From positions 10,416,001 to 10,480,000 of the forward strand of contig OZ004613.1 of the NCBI GenBank assembly GCA_963924565.1: a stretch of 64,000 bases of DNA, in the 5' to 3' direction. A program made the position numbers and the translations under genes. A model generated the notes under the pieces. It saw only the letters and a list, made by a program, of their open reading frames with translations. It was not told the DNA's origin and searched no databases. Positions 25,901 through 37,600 of this stretch are shown here, piece by piece (the stretch's first letter is position 1; each line of letters opens with the position of its first letter). Source of the DNA: Ascidiella aspersa. Its lineage: Eukaryota.

Positions 25901-27972
25901 AAATGCAATAGAATACAGTTGTACAATATTTTTGAAGGATAAACTTACAACAAAATTCAAAAGCTAAAAATAATAGAAACGAATGAATAATAAAACTGAG
26001 ATTTTTATATTATAACACAGAAATAGCCTATATTAACATTTTTTAGCTTTCAATGTGCTATTTTTTATAAGTTCGTTTAGTAAAATTAACTTAGTCCTCA
26101 ATGTAGTTGAACCCTAAACACTATCTTTCTTTAATGTCATTTTAAATTTTTTATTAAAAACCTCACATCTGTGATTACGTTCAGTTTCATGGTGTGTTAA
26201 AAAAGCCATAGTGTTGGATACAAGTCGTTACCATACGGTTATTTTTCAGTTGGTCGTTTGGAAACCTAATGTACGAGATGGTGACCTTGGGCTGTATGCC
26301 GCACATCGGGATTTCGTCCGATGAGCTCTTGCAAAACTTACGTTCCGGATACCGAATGAAGAAGCCGAGCACGTGCAGCGATTTAATGTAGGTTGCCCAA
26401 ACAGGGATTTTGTATAAACGATTCCAAGTATTCCTTGACCATTTATTAATTTACTGTAAAGATCACAATAAATGTAAGCGGAAGATAAAGGACTTCACTT
26501 CATTGTCATATACTGATGGCGATTACAATTTACAACACATTTCTGTATTATTTTGGCCTATATTGCGACTTGAAAGTAAACCAATTGTGGTATAACACAG
26601 TTTCAGCGACAAAATTAGCAAGTGAAATGAGGCCTTTCCTGAAAAGCATACTAAACGGATAAAAAAAACATGCAAACATGTATTGAAATGAAACTGTCAA
26701 CTATAATCAAGTCATTTGTTTTAAGATACGTTGTCAATATAGTCATTTTATCCAAGATGAGCCACGTCAGGTCTCTGGAACTTAAGTACAGCAAAACTCT
26801 TAAGTCAGTGACTCAAGTTAATAAAATCCGCTTTTTGCATTCCCTTAACCCAGGGTTCTTAAACTTTTTTATCGCGTACCCGTAAAAATAGCTTAAGTTC
26901 GCGCGGACCTGGGTCAGCATAAAATTCTTCAGAAATGACGTCATAAATTAGCGTCACAAATTCGCAAGACCTTATGAATCTGCCGTTAGCGGTCAAACAA
27001 ATGTAAAACTAAAATAAGGTCTCAATACATTCAAGCAGAAGGTGTCAATGTGTTTCTTTTTTCAATAAACTGTTGATTGGAAAAAAAACATTTTTAAACG
27101 AGGTACCAATATTTTAGCTATAGGCCTCCCTGTATCCTTTAAAACTGGTTCACCAACCCGGCCTTAACTAACTTTATCTTGTATCGCAGGTATTCGATCA
27201 TGTGCAAGTGTTGGGAGTGGCGTTCCTCGTCTCGACCGTCGTTCAGTGAGCTTGACCGAATGCTGGGAAACGCTCAGGGCAAGGGCGAAGACGCTGATTA
27301 CGTTAACATGGCTTTCGCCCTTGAACTGCTGGACAGAGAGGTTAGTAAAAATGAGCGTTTTACGCACACCCGTTGGTATTTAAGGTCAGACGTTAACAAA
27401 CAATTGGTACTTGAGGTGTCAGATATTAGCGATTAATACAGGATCTCTAAAAGACGACCGAAACTGTTTTATCCAAATATACGGAGAAATATTACTCGCT
27501 GGCCCTAAAATGTTTACTAATCGATATGCTTAAGATACTTTATTTATCCCTCAAATCAAGCCTTAAAATATAAAACTTGAGAGTCTGATATTTAAAAGTT
27601 ATAACCCAATATCGAATGCCCCGCCGCAAATGTAATAAAGCTTTGGCGTTTGTCGTTTTATTTTTCCTTTAATTTTTTTTTTTTCGAAAATTATTTGTTT
27701 TTATGTCTCATAAACCAAAGATGGCCAAGCGTTTAATCTATAGTTTTCCGTTTAAATGAATTATTTCTTTGTTTTGGCGGTGCTTGGCAATATGTCCCTT
27801 GCTTACACCTTCGTATTTCATTATATTGACTGCTAGCCTATACGTGTTGCTAATTCTCCCTTTTTGGCAGAAATATGCAAGTGAGATTAAACAGCAGCCT
27901 GAAAGTCAGGAGGAATCTGACTTTTCAGTGATCATTTCCAACGGGCCGTCGCACGAATACTCCATCCAATAG
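10779..27972 (+). CDS. Receptor tyrosine kinase A (FN3-like x2, EGF x2, TM, non-RD TK; FGFR/RET/Tie-like kinase), 18 exons, 899 aa
   Basis: join(10779-10905,11460-11594,12365-12458,12843-13038,14380-14450,14982-15103,15790-15962,17560-17773,18303-18446,19468-19612,20413-20617,21719-21911,22451-22635,24180-24379,24765-24869,26250-26387,27190-27340,27871-27972) = 2700 nt, all GT-AG, phases consistent. Motifs [36 protein letters not shown]. Confidence 0.92.
11460..11594 (+). CDS. RTK-A exon 2 (FN3-like start)
   Basis: WYTAKV...AHITWNF; homologous to RTK-B exon 2. Confidence 0.85.
12365..12458 (+). CDS. RTK-A exon 3
   Basis: [13 protein letters not shown]...YCEPG; needed for phase 1->2; matches RTK-B LDGFVVKFQDS. 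Confidence 0.85.
12843..13038 (+). CDS. RTK-A exon 4 (Cys-rich)
   Basis: FWVQ...C...C...CLCKVDC...C...GYF. Confidence 0.9.
13779..14012. mobile_element. Foldback MITE (~65-bp arms); related copy ~41253-41424
   Basis: ATCCAAGCAAAACCACAAAGGTTG...AACAAGAGCAGAATAC and its reverse complement. Confidence 0.8.
14380..14450 (+). CDS. RTK-A exon 5
   Basis: [23 protein letters not shown]. Confidence 0.8.
14982..15103 (+). CDS. RTK-A exon 6
   Basis: QWFQIG...HLEATQICC. Confidence 0.75.
15790..15962 (+). CDS. RTK-A exon 7 (FN3-like)
   Basis: EMVPDF...LTITWLPP. Confidence 0.88.
16028..16240 (-). mobile_element. tRNA-cassette repeat, diverged copy
   Basis: Reverse-complement GGTTCGAACC ... CCAACTGAGCTA. 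Confidence 0.75.
17560..17773 (+). CDS. RTK-A exon 8 (FN3-like end)
   Basis: DQRWVPY...YLTMQ. Confidence 0.85.
18303..18446 (+). CDS. RTK-A exon 9 (EGF 1)
   Basis: C...CDVNANC...[11 protein letters not shown]. Confidence 0.92.
19468..19612 (+). CDS. RTK-A exon 10 (Ca-binding-like EGF 2)
   Basis: CEDIDIC...C...C...[11 protein letters not shown]. Confidence 0.92.
20413..20617 (+). CDS. RTK-A exon 11 (TM + juxtamembrane)
   Basis: [23 protein letters not shown]. Confidence 0.92.
21719..21911 (+). CDS. RTK-A exon 12 (kinase I-II)
   Basis: DRWE...[10 protein letters not shown]...VAVKLLK. Confidence 0.95.
22451..22635 (+). CDS. RTK-A exon 13 (kinase III-V)
   Basis: FLAEI...[12 protein letters not shown]...YGDLLHFL. 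Confidence 0.95.
24180..24379 (+). CDS. RTK-A exon 14 (kinase VI-VII)
   Basis: [10 protein letters not shown]...[10 protein letters not shown]. Confidence 0.95.
24765..24869 (+). CDS. RTK-A exon 15 (kinase VIII)
   Basis: VPFKWISPE...KSDV. Confidence 0.95.
26250..26387 (+). CDS. RTK-A exon 16 (kinase IX-X)
   Basis: [14 protein letters not shown]...GYRMKKP. Confidence 0.95.
27190..27340 (+). CDS. RTK-A exon 17 (kinase XI, YVNM)
   Basis: MCKCWEW...RPSF...DYVNM. Confidence 0.93.
27871..27972 (+). CDS. RTK-A exon 18 (terminal)
   Basis: KYASEI...EYSIQ*; AATAAA at ~28158 and ~28269. Confidence 0.85.
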   Translation, partial: KYASEIKQQPESQEESDFSVIISNGPSHEYSIQ

Positions 27973-29808
27973 ATGAATTATTGCACTGCATGGATTCGAC
28001 ACAATGAAAACCCTGTATTTACGCAGCCTTGGCAAACTATTTGAATCTTTTTTCGTCAGAAATTCAACCCCCTCCCCCCAAAAACACTCGTCATTATTTT
28101 TAATTCCTGTCATCACCAGTTGTCAGATTAGGCAGATTTTGTTATTTGCTTCACTCCAATAAAATATACGTCTATAGCACATTTAAATGAAAACAAATGG
28201 TTAAAATGAGATGCAACTCGGGTGAGTTGATTCGTTTGATAGATTTGACTATCATTAGTTGTCTTCACAATAAATACAAATTTGTATTTTTAAGACACTG
28301 ATAAGTATGCATTTTTATTCGAAATCCAGTTTAGCCTTCCTATACCTGTTGTTTTGCTGCCTTTGTAAATATTTTATAAAAAAGCATTTTTATTGTGTCT
28401 CGAGATCAAAGAAAAGCGTACCTTATTTTTCTCGTTTACATTATCATACGTCAAGTATTAGCCTGTTCCGCCACTTTCATCCATTTTGTCGTTAACCCCC
28501 CAAAAAATATTTCATTTATAAACGTTGCTCCTAGAACGACAATTGTCCTGCGGGCGAGGCATGCATAAAAAAAGCTTTTTTAGTGGTAGAGTGATAAGTT
28601 TCTTGCGAAAGCTATAGTTATCAGAGAACTTGTAACTACGTTTTGATTGTTGCAGTTACCAATATTTACATATATGATTTGCTATGAAATACGAGTTATA
28701 TTTAAGGTTCTGCTTTAGGTGCATGAGTTTACCATGTTTTCTGTTCTATAATTAACATTTCTTTGCAATTTGTACACTACCTGGGTGAGTCGTATTTTTA
28801 ACTATGTCAAATATATACGTGTTGTAACTTAAACGCCAATTTGCGTCTTTATAAATGGTGTTTTGTATTTTACTTGTTTTTGCTGCGTTTATTACTTTTC
28901 AAAATAAGGTGCATTTTACGTTTGGTAAACATTTTATTTTTACGCACAGTAGGGAGGCCAGTTTAGGGTCGTCAGATTTTGCATCCTTCTTTATTTGATA
29001 TGATGTAAGGTTTCTCAGCCTTTTTTCGTGGTACCTAACACTCATCGCAAGTTTAACAGCAAAGGTTTGGCGACCCCATTCTGTTCACTGAATAGTTTTT
29101 TTTTGAGCGAAACAAAACTAATAAAATTAGTATAGGTTTTAATTTAATTAATATGAGCCATATATTCAGTTCGCTTTTTTCATTTCATTGCATTGTTATG
29201 CTCATCTCTTTACTTAGAAATGCTTTTATTTTAATGACTTGGACTGAGACTTGGGTAAGTAAAGACTTGTTTACTACACAAAATGTTATGAAAATATTTC
29301 TTTTAGCGTTTTTTTAATTTGTCTAATTGGTAACCATTTCTCGAAAGCCGAAAACAGGTGAAACTCTAATTTCCGGAAATCCCGTAAAACAACAAACATA
29401 GACAATTATCCAGGGGCGGTTCACAAACAAGCGAACCACAAACAGTTGACATCTCGATATGAGATAAACGCTCGACCAAAATCCCCCCCAGTCGTCCAAT
29501 GACGCGCTATACGTGAACAATTGGCCTTAGCGTATTTACACTCGAACCTGATTAGATGCCAGCGGCAGCGACGTTTTGTCGCGGCGAGAAGTTCCTATAA
29601 AGCCGTCGGCAATGAACCTTCCGGCCTACGCTATACGCTGAATTTTTACTTTCGACTATTTTAGATATATATAGTGGCTCAATCGTCGGCATAGCGCAAA
29701 GTCTTCGGCAGAAGCAGGGTTCATAGTCATTTTGGTTAACATAGAAAAACATGATATCGGAGCAAAGCGTGTGATTTGCGTTTAATTCGCAAAAGCTACT
29801 TGTAGCAA

Positions 29809-30204
29809 CAGTGTTGTAAACAAGTCATTTCAAAATGACTTATGTCATAGTCAAGTCATTATGAGAGCAAGTCAATTTCAAGTTGTGTCATTGACATAAA
29901 AGAAGGCCTATGTTGTTAAACTATTTGGTAAGATTTCGCCAGATTATGAGCAACAATTCAACTGAAAATAACACAAACGAGATATACAGCAATCAAATTG
30001 CTTAAGATAAATTTTGAATGGAAAACACTAAATTTAATCCCAAGTTATTTGACAAAAAGTCCGAGTCTAGTGATTTTTCCAATAGACTTAGGACAAGTCA
30101 AGTCACGTTATTTCGGTCACAAGATTAAGCCAAGTCAACTTTTTTCTTAAATCGGTGACTTAAATCAAGTAAAATTTTTAAATGATTAAGACATTACAAC
30201 ACTG
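29809..30204. mobile_element. hAT-type MITE (AAGTC/GACTT-rich family)
   Basis: TIR CAGTGTTGTAA...TTACAACACTG; 8-bp TSD TGTAGCAA/TGTAGCAG. Confidence 0.85.
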
Positions 30205-31591
30205 TGTAGCAGTTAGGATGTAAATTAGCAAGTTTTGCAGCTTGTGCCATGTACTGTAGGTTTTACAAATCTGCGGATATAGAGAGGCAGTATTCCTCAA
30301 AGTTCATAAGGTTGCCTACAACACAATCAGGCCAAGAAAGATTTTTTTTAAACAATCTGTTGCTGCAAATTTTTTGCAAATGTGTTTTTCATGAAAGCCC
30401 ATCTTAGTAAATTTTAAATATTTCGGTTTAATGAGAAAAATCTAATCAGCTGTATTGACATTTTATTTGTCGTTAACGGCCAGCATATTTTGTAGTAAAA
30501 TTGAACAATTTTTCTTCTTATAAAGTCAACAATTTTCCAAAAAATACCTCGAGTTTTCACAGCGGTGATTCAATTAGCATTAGTAGTAAAAAAACACCTT
30601 TGCAGTAAAATCAAGCAATTTTTGTCGTAATTAAGATGACAAGTTCAAGCTTTTGTTCTCTTCAATAAGATAACAAAGCTCAATTAGATACTTTAACTTA
30701 GTATAAGTTGGTATCTTCTGTCCACTCTGAATCACTGTTGTTTCCGAACCGGTAAACCTAACAGGATATTATTAGGTAAACAAGCAAATTGCTGAACATA
30801 ATGGCCACGGCCAACCTTAAATAAACACACGACGGAAAATTCAAATTCTACTGAGAAATTGTCTCCGGTGACATTAATTATCACGCCAGCTAAACAACCA
30901 AAAAAAACGGCGTAATTTCGACTATTTTACCGCACTATCGCAATTTTCCTGACGCACGCGCAACTTTCGCTGTACAGTTGAAGTTTTGTGGCCTCATTCC
31001 GACGACCTTTAAGATGTTATCTGCTTTCCGAGGCACGCAATTTTGCTGGCAATCTATTTGTGCCGCCGGGCGTTCATTTGCTATTATTACAGCGCACTAA
31101 CGGCAAAACAAATCAGAATGTTTTCAGTCGCACATGTTGATTTCATGTTCGATCGCCACATCATGCCACTTATACAACCGGAAATTCTGCTTTCGGGCGC
31201 TTCTTTGGTTTGGCGAATTTTAGCAAATATTGTGGCAATACCAACTTTACAGAAACAACACAAAAAATATCGGTGTTATGTTATGAACAGTTATTATAAT
31301 ATTTCAAGGTTTTTTAATAGCCGTTTTTTGTCTAGTTCCAAATCTGGAAATTATGTGACAATGTTTAACGGCAAATTGCAATACATGTTGACAAGCTTTC
31401 GCAGAACTGTGTTGATCAGGTCAAGGTAGGCTCGTGGGCCGACCAACCGTAGGGGGGGGGAGTGGTCACGTGTCCATGCCCCTCCCCTAGACTGCTTTTT
31501 TGTCTTTTAGTTAAATGCAAACCTATATTTCTTTAGGCAAGATAACTTATGCAACAACCTTAAATAATGTGACCTATTGCAGAATATAGGT

Positions 31592-31685
31592 ATGTCGTTA
31601 GCCTTGAATATGCTTTGGAAAGCCATCTTTATTATTTTCGTGGTTTGGACGAACTCGCAAACTGAAGGCTACGAATGCTACAATA
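31592..31685 (+). CDS. RTK-B exon 1 (signal peptide)
   Basis: MSLALNMLWKAIFIIFVVWTNSQTEG; donor GTAAGT. Confidence 0.8.
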
Positions 31686-34600
31686 GTAAGTGTCTCCAGG
31701 CCAAAGTTTCGCCTCCTGTGTCATAAAGTATATCTGATTACAATCTCGACGTTGGCGTTATCCATAAAAATTGTTCGATTGCATTCCGAACGAAGAAGGT
31801 TCGCAATAAGAACGATTCTTCCAATTTTGGTTTAATATAAAAACAAAAAAAAAGAAATGAAAATAAATATTTTTGCAGCTTGATAAAATATATGGCTCTG
31901 ATTCATTAATACTTTTAATATTTTTTTCCGAATTTTAATATCAATTTTATAAATTATCTTTGTTGTTGAACAATCGTCATCTGGATTTGTAGCTTAAGCG
32001 CCTCCAACAAAAGCAATGTAGGCCTAATGACCATAACCAATATTTTAATTTAAAACAAATTTCTTCAACTTTTAAATTTCACAAAAATTATCGATTTTTT
32101 GTTAATCGATTACACTGTACGCGGTTAAGGGTTACTTGATGAGGTCATAATCACATCACGCACGTGGTACACAGCACAAGTTGACAATACAACGCTCAAA
32201 GCCAATATAACCGCTCATGTCAGGTGGAATGTTTCCTCGTCCCCTGCCGGTAAGTATTACATACAACATATATTTTTTTCGTGCTTTTTAGCTATGTTTT
32301 GTAAACCAGCGTAGATTTTCAACTTGAAAGGTAAATTTCTAAGAGATTTTACATTTTTATGAATTCATGACTTGTCATAACAGGTTTGTGTTGTAATACC
32401 AGTTTCATTGCTCCTAAATTAGAAATTGACCAACACTCCACACTTTTAGTGATTTGCTTAAAACATAAAGATGACGTTTACGAAACATCGTCGTTTTTAT
32501 TATCTTTACATTCCAAGCCTGCAACATCAAATCATGCTAATTATTTTTAAGAATTATCTGTTGTTAAATAAGTTACTCTACGAAAAAACGACAAAAATGA
32601 ATCGTGTTGTAGGTGTAATAACATTATTAAAGTTTGATTCAAAATATGCCTCGTGACCATTATATCCGATTAAGCAATCAAATGTATAGCCAGGGGCGAG
32701 AGATATTAACCGTAATTACGGTGCCCTATTCCCCGAATGCAGTGTAATCCTGTTAAACTTAAACGTTAAACAACTGTGTTGTCAACCTTGCTTTATCTAC
32801 TTGTGACATTCGAAAACGAAATTTCGAAAGGAAACTATTTTTAGAAACCTGTTATATAAGCCGACAAAACAGATATGTTAAAATAGTAGTTATAAAATGT
32901 TTTCACGGTACACTCATTTGTAATGCAAATGCACAACATTTAAAACATACGAGCACCGAAAGGTTAACACATGTAATTTTACAGTTAGAAAAGCTAAACT
33001 GCACCTGGTGCAGCTTCAGTAGTAATATCTCTGAACTATTTTTAAATCAAAACACAGGTTGTTGTTTTATTATAAAACACTGTGGCTCATTTTATGATAT
33101 GCGAAATATATAAGGTGATATATATGTATATATGTTTAATAAACCAATAACTGTTGCTAATTTAAAAATAATTGTAAATTAGCCTATAGTTGGATCTGAT
33201 GGTAACGTAATATGAATCTTTATGTAAAAAGTTTTGGTATGTAGGTTTAGAACTAGACGGATTCGTCGTAAAATTTCAAGATTCAAACACCATGCATGAA
33301 GATTCGAAATCTATTTTGGCGAGCAACGTCTGCATTCCTAAGTAAGAATCAAATCGGTACTTGTTCAATACAAGTCATCGGATAAAGTTTAGCGTGTAAT
33401 AGCTAAAACTATGATGATAATATACAATTTTCGGGTTTTAGGGGCAGTTTGTTTTGGGTGAATGCAAGTAACAAGACGCACTGCTCTAACGAAACATCGC
33501 TTTGTTCTAACTCCACGGCCCAAGATTGCCTCTGTGCCACGAAATGCAAGTTGTTTAATTACTCTTCACGCAGAAGTAGGAATTGTGATGACGTTGGCAG
33601 CAGCTACATCAAGGATTATGGATACTTTGCCGTTCAGTCAGTAAGTTTTTAATATTTTTTTATTTTTTTACTAAGAGAATTTTACTTGACTTACTAAGTC
33701 CTAAAAAAAAATGTATTCAGTTTGTCAGGTATTTGGAGTTCAACGTCGACATGGCCAGCCAGAAGTATGACGCGTATATTGTCCCATACTCCAGGTATTG
33801 TTTCGAAATATGTTTTTTCAATAGAGTGATACTTTACAGTTTATACCACAAAAGGTACAATTTAATTTTTTTTGTTTTTGTAACTAGTACATGCGTTTAA
33901 GTATTTTGAAATTGTTTTTTTTGGTGTAGGCTTTTCAACTGTTAATCTAACTTTTAGGTTTTCAAGATATTTCTAATTAGAGAAAACACAATTTCGACGA
34001 GCTCTAAAAACTGTAAACAAGTCAACCATTTTTACACTAGCAATAAGACAACACCTTAAACATGTATATTTTGATCTTTCAATTAACTTGCCATCTGAAC
34101 AATGACTTGACGTTTTCAATATCTCTACCTCTACGTTTTAAGGCAGTTCACCGGGAATTTTCCAAACAGTGACCAAGTGATCGAAATGCCTCGTAACTGG
34201 ATGGAGGTCTTCACCAACATGGGATATTCACATCACGACGCAGCTTCAATTTTATGCGGTAAAGCCGGCCATCCTTAACTTTACATTTTTATCGGAGTTT
34301 AAACAATTTTTTTGTTCAAACGTTAGATAAAACATGAAAATATATTTACGTCATCATCTACTTTATCTTAATTTATTAAAAATTGAAAGGTGTGCAGAAA
34401 CGTTGAAGGGTGAACACAAATATGTGTGGTAATAACTGTGATTTGCCCTTTTGAAGCTGATTTTGACCAACGATAACGCCTTCATTAGTACACCGAAAGC
34501 CATCGCAGATCTGTATCGCCTTCAATATGAAGTTGCTTGCACTAACAGAATGCCGCAAACATTGACGTATGGTTGTTTCTAGACTCGCTCCTCTCTCAGT

Positions 34601-37600
34601 CTTTGTAGCTCAGTCGGTAGTGCGGCGGTTCCGGTATGGCCGGATGTCGTAAGTTCAAACCTTACTGGGGGCTACAGTTGTTTTTTAGCCTGTCCTACTT
34701 GCATCTTACCAGATTCGACGAGTCTGAGATGGCCTTCGGTGTTTAGAATCAATGTTGCCTTAAAAGCCTATATATGGATCTTCCTGAATCAAAGTCCTGC
34801 AATGCTTGTCACTTAATCTATGCCCCTGTTATTTGTAGCAAACTCGATTGCACACCACTACGCGAGAAACTTCACATTCCACGAGTTGGTTCCCGATTTC
34901 AACCAGCTAACTTTAAGCCTCAACGTGTCCTGGTTGCTACCCATTGACAGCAAAGGACTGCTGACATTTTTTGTCTCGCATTTACACGGAGAATACGGAA
35001 CATCGTCGGTGAGTCTTTGTTTCTGCAAACTAAAAAACATACCATTTAGAAATGAGAGGTTAGACGTGAAATATGGGAAGCTGAAAAGCTTTTTAACGCA
35101 AGGAAACATTGAAAAACATCTATAAAACATAAACTATTGAAAATAAATCTAAAAAATGGCCTCAAGGATGCCCAAGAGATAATAACAATACAGGAAAACT
35201 AATTTAGTCCTCAAACTTAAAGCTGCTGAAATATTAGAGATTGTCGAATGTCAATAAGAACAAGGAGAACTTGCTGATAGGAAATTGCCACGCTTTACTC
35301 CAAGGCCGAGGTTGCAGTCCTCTGTTTTCTATGCGCCATTACATTTATCTCTGGTCCAAATAGAATGCACAAACTTTTACTTTCTTTTGGTCCTTCAAAC
35401 TACAGTACGGTGATTAGGGTATGTTTGGCACTTTGTGTAATCATTTAATACATTATTTATAATAGTTTCGACAGAAAGATAGCAGTTGCAGAGGAAGGGG
35501 TTTCACAAAAAGCGAGATAATCATGCCTTATACTTTGTTGACATTAATATTCCTTCTTGTTATCTCTTGGGTACAATACGCCACCTTTCACGCATGGGTA
35601 GTTAGTTGGACAACTTGTCCTAAGAAGTAAATCGGTTTAAATCGTTTCACCCAGAATAGGACATTCATTGCGACCAACGAAACAAGAAGAAGTGCGCGTA
35701 CATCATGCGTGAACAACACACAGTTTCAGATCACGGTCGAAAACGTTAAGCCCACACATAATTATACCTACGCCGTCACCTCTTGGTACGACCGTTCGAG
35801 ACAGCTCTGTGCCATTTACGGGTCCTGCTCTACTGATTTTACACTGCAAGTACCAGGTAAACTATAAGTTTAAGGCCACGAATTTCCAGTGTTGTAAACA
35901 AATGATTTGTAAATGATTTAAGTCCCAGTCAAGTCTTTTTGAACATATAACAAGTCAATGTCCCAGTCTAATCGGTTGCCCAAGTCAAGTCCCGGTCAAG
36001 TCATTATGAGGCCAAAAAAGTCAACTTCAAGTCATGTCATGTTTTTGGAATAACAGTAAATTGGTAAACTTGTCTGATTATGAGAAGTAATTCCGCTAAA
36101 AGTACCACAAATGCAATATACAGCAATAAAAGCGTTTGATGTGCAAAACGTTAGATAAATTATAATGAAAAGCGCTTAATTTAAGCCCAAGTTATTTGAC
36201 AAAATGAAGAAGTCCAAGTCAAATTATTTTGGTCAAAAGACTTAAGTCGAGTCAAGCCATTTGAAAACAGTGACTTAAGTAAAGTCAATGACTTTAGTCA
36301 TTACAACATTGCGGATGTTTTCACGTTTTTATCCCCAATGTCGGCATGAAAAATATAGGTTTTCAATTCCTTATGAATACTGCTGCTGGAATGCGCCTTT
36401 TACGATCTAAAACACTGTATGTTTTATATAAAAGTTTGGAAAAAAACTAAAGGTAATGCGACCAGCTCTAGGCTACATGGATTAAGACTTTTACTGTATA
36501 TGCGTGTTTCTAAACTTAACATTATTGCTTTGGAACACCATTAGTAAAATATTTTGGCTACTAATATTAATGCAATATTAACACTCGTCCCGAGTCATAT
36601 TAATTGAAATCGGCAAACAATATGTTGAACTTGCTTTAGTATGAAAAAAAAATGCAAACTATATCAGTCCTTTGAATCAACAAATTTTGTTGGGCAGGAT
36701 GAAACCACAAAGTTCCCTAAAGGCTCAAGTTTTTTTATGAAAAAAAAATAAAGAATATACGAGAACAACCTCGTCGCAATAGTAAGTGCTTCGGCAAAAC
36801 TAAAAACTTTTAAGGGAAATTTTAATTTCAGGTTCCTTAAAAATCTATATAGACTTTCAATGTCGAAATGTCAGCTTAAAACGCACTTGTTCGTAACAGA
36901 ATTTGATGCTTGTGAAAAGAGATACAATCTATGTGACCAAAACGCAAACTGCACGGCCCAGGATAGAACGGGACGAACTTCTATCAACGCAACCTGTGTT
37001 TGTCTTAGTGGATTCGTTGGGAATGGATACAACCCATCTTCGGGTAAGAACAAAGCAGTTGCTCGAGAATATATTTGTCCACTTAATCAACGTAGTACAA
37101 TGCAACGACTTCTATTAAAACAACAAATCAAACAAAGAGTTATTTAAGATTAACTCGACGATTGGCTATGACGCTATTTTTTCCGCGTATTCTAAATTAA
37201 GACATCACATAGGCCTGCAAAAAAAACAAATTTGACTTTGTTGGTATTATGGCAAACGTGGCTATTTGTAATTAGTTTCGGAATTACTACAATAATTACA
37301 CCGTTCATATATTTTCGTCTAAAACCAGAATTTATTGCATAAGAACACGATAATTTTTTTTTTAAATCGACCGATAAAGACGTATCAATAAGGATAGCAA
37401 AGCCCACACAGAAGTAGGTATTATTTTGAACGTTTTAAATATGTCTTTATGCATTTTTAACACCTCCAACCAATATGCTCTTAAGACCGATAAAGCATTT
37501 TAAAAGTAAATAGGGCAACACCGTAATGCGGAATTTACTTTGAAAATCTTACCTATAAACTTTGATTCTAAATTTTCCAGTAAAAGGTGGAACTGGGTGT

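Noticed and set aside
31043-31429. 128-aa ORF upstream of RTK-B
   Set aside because: No domain, AT-rich non-coding composition, and not required by the gene model.
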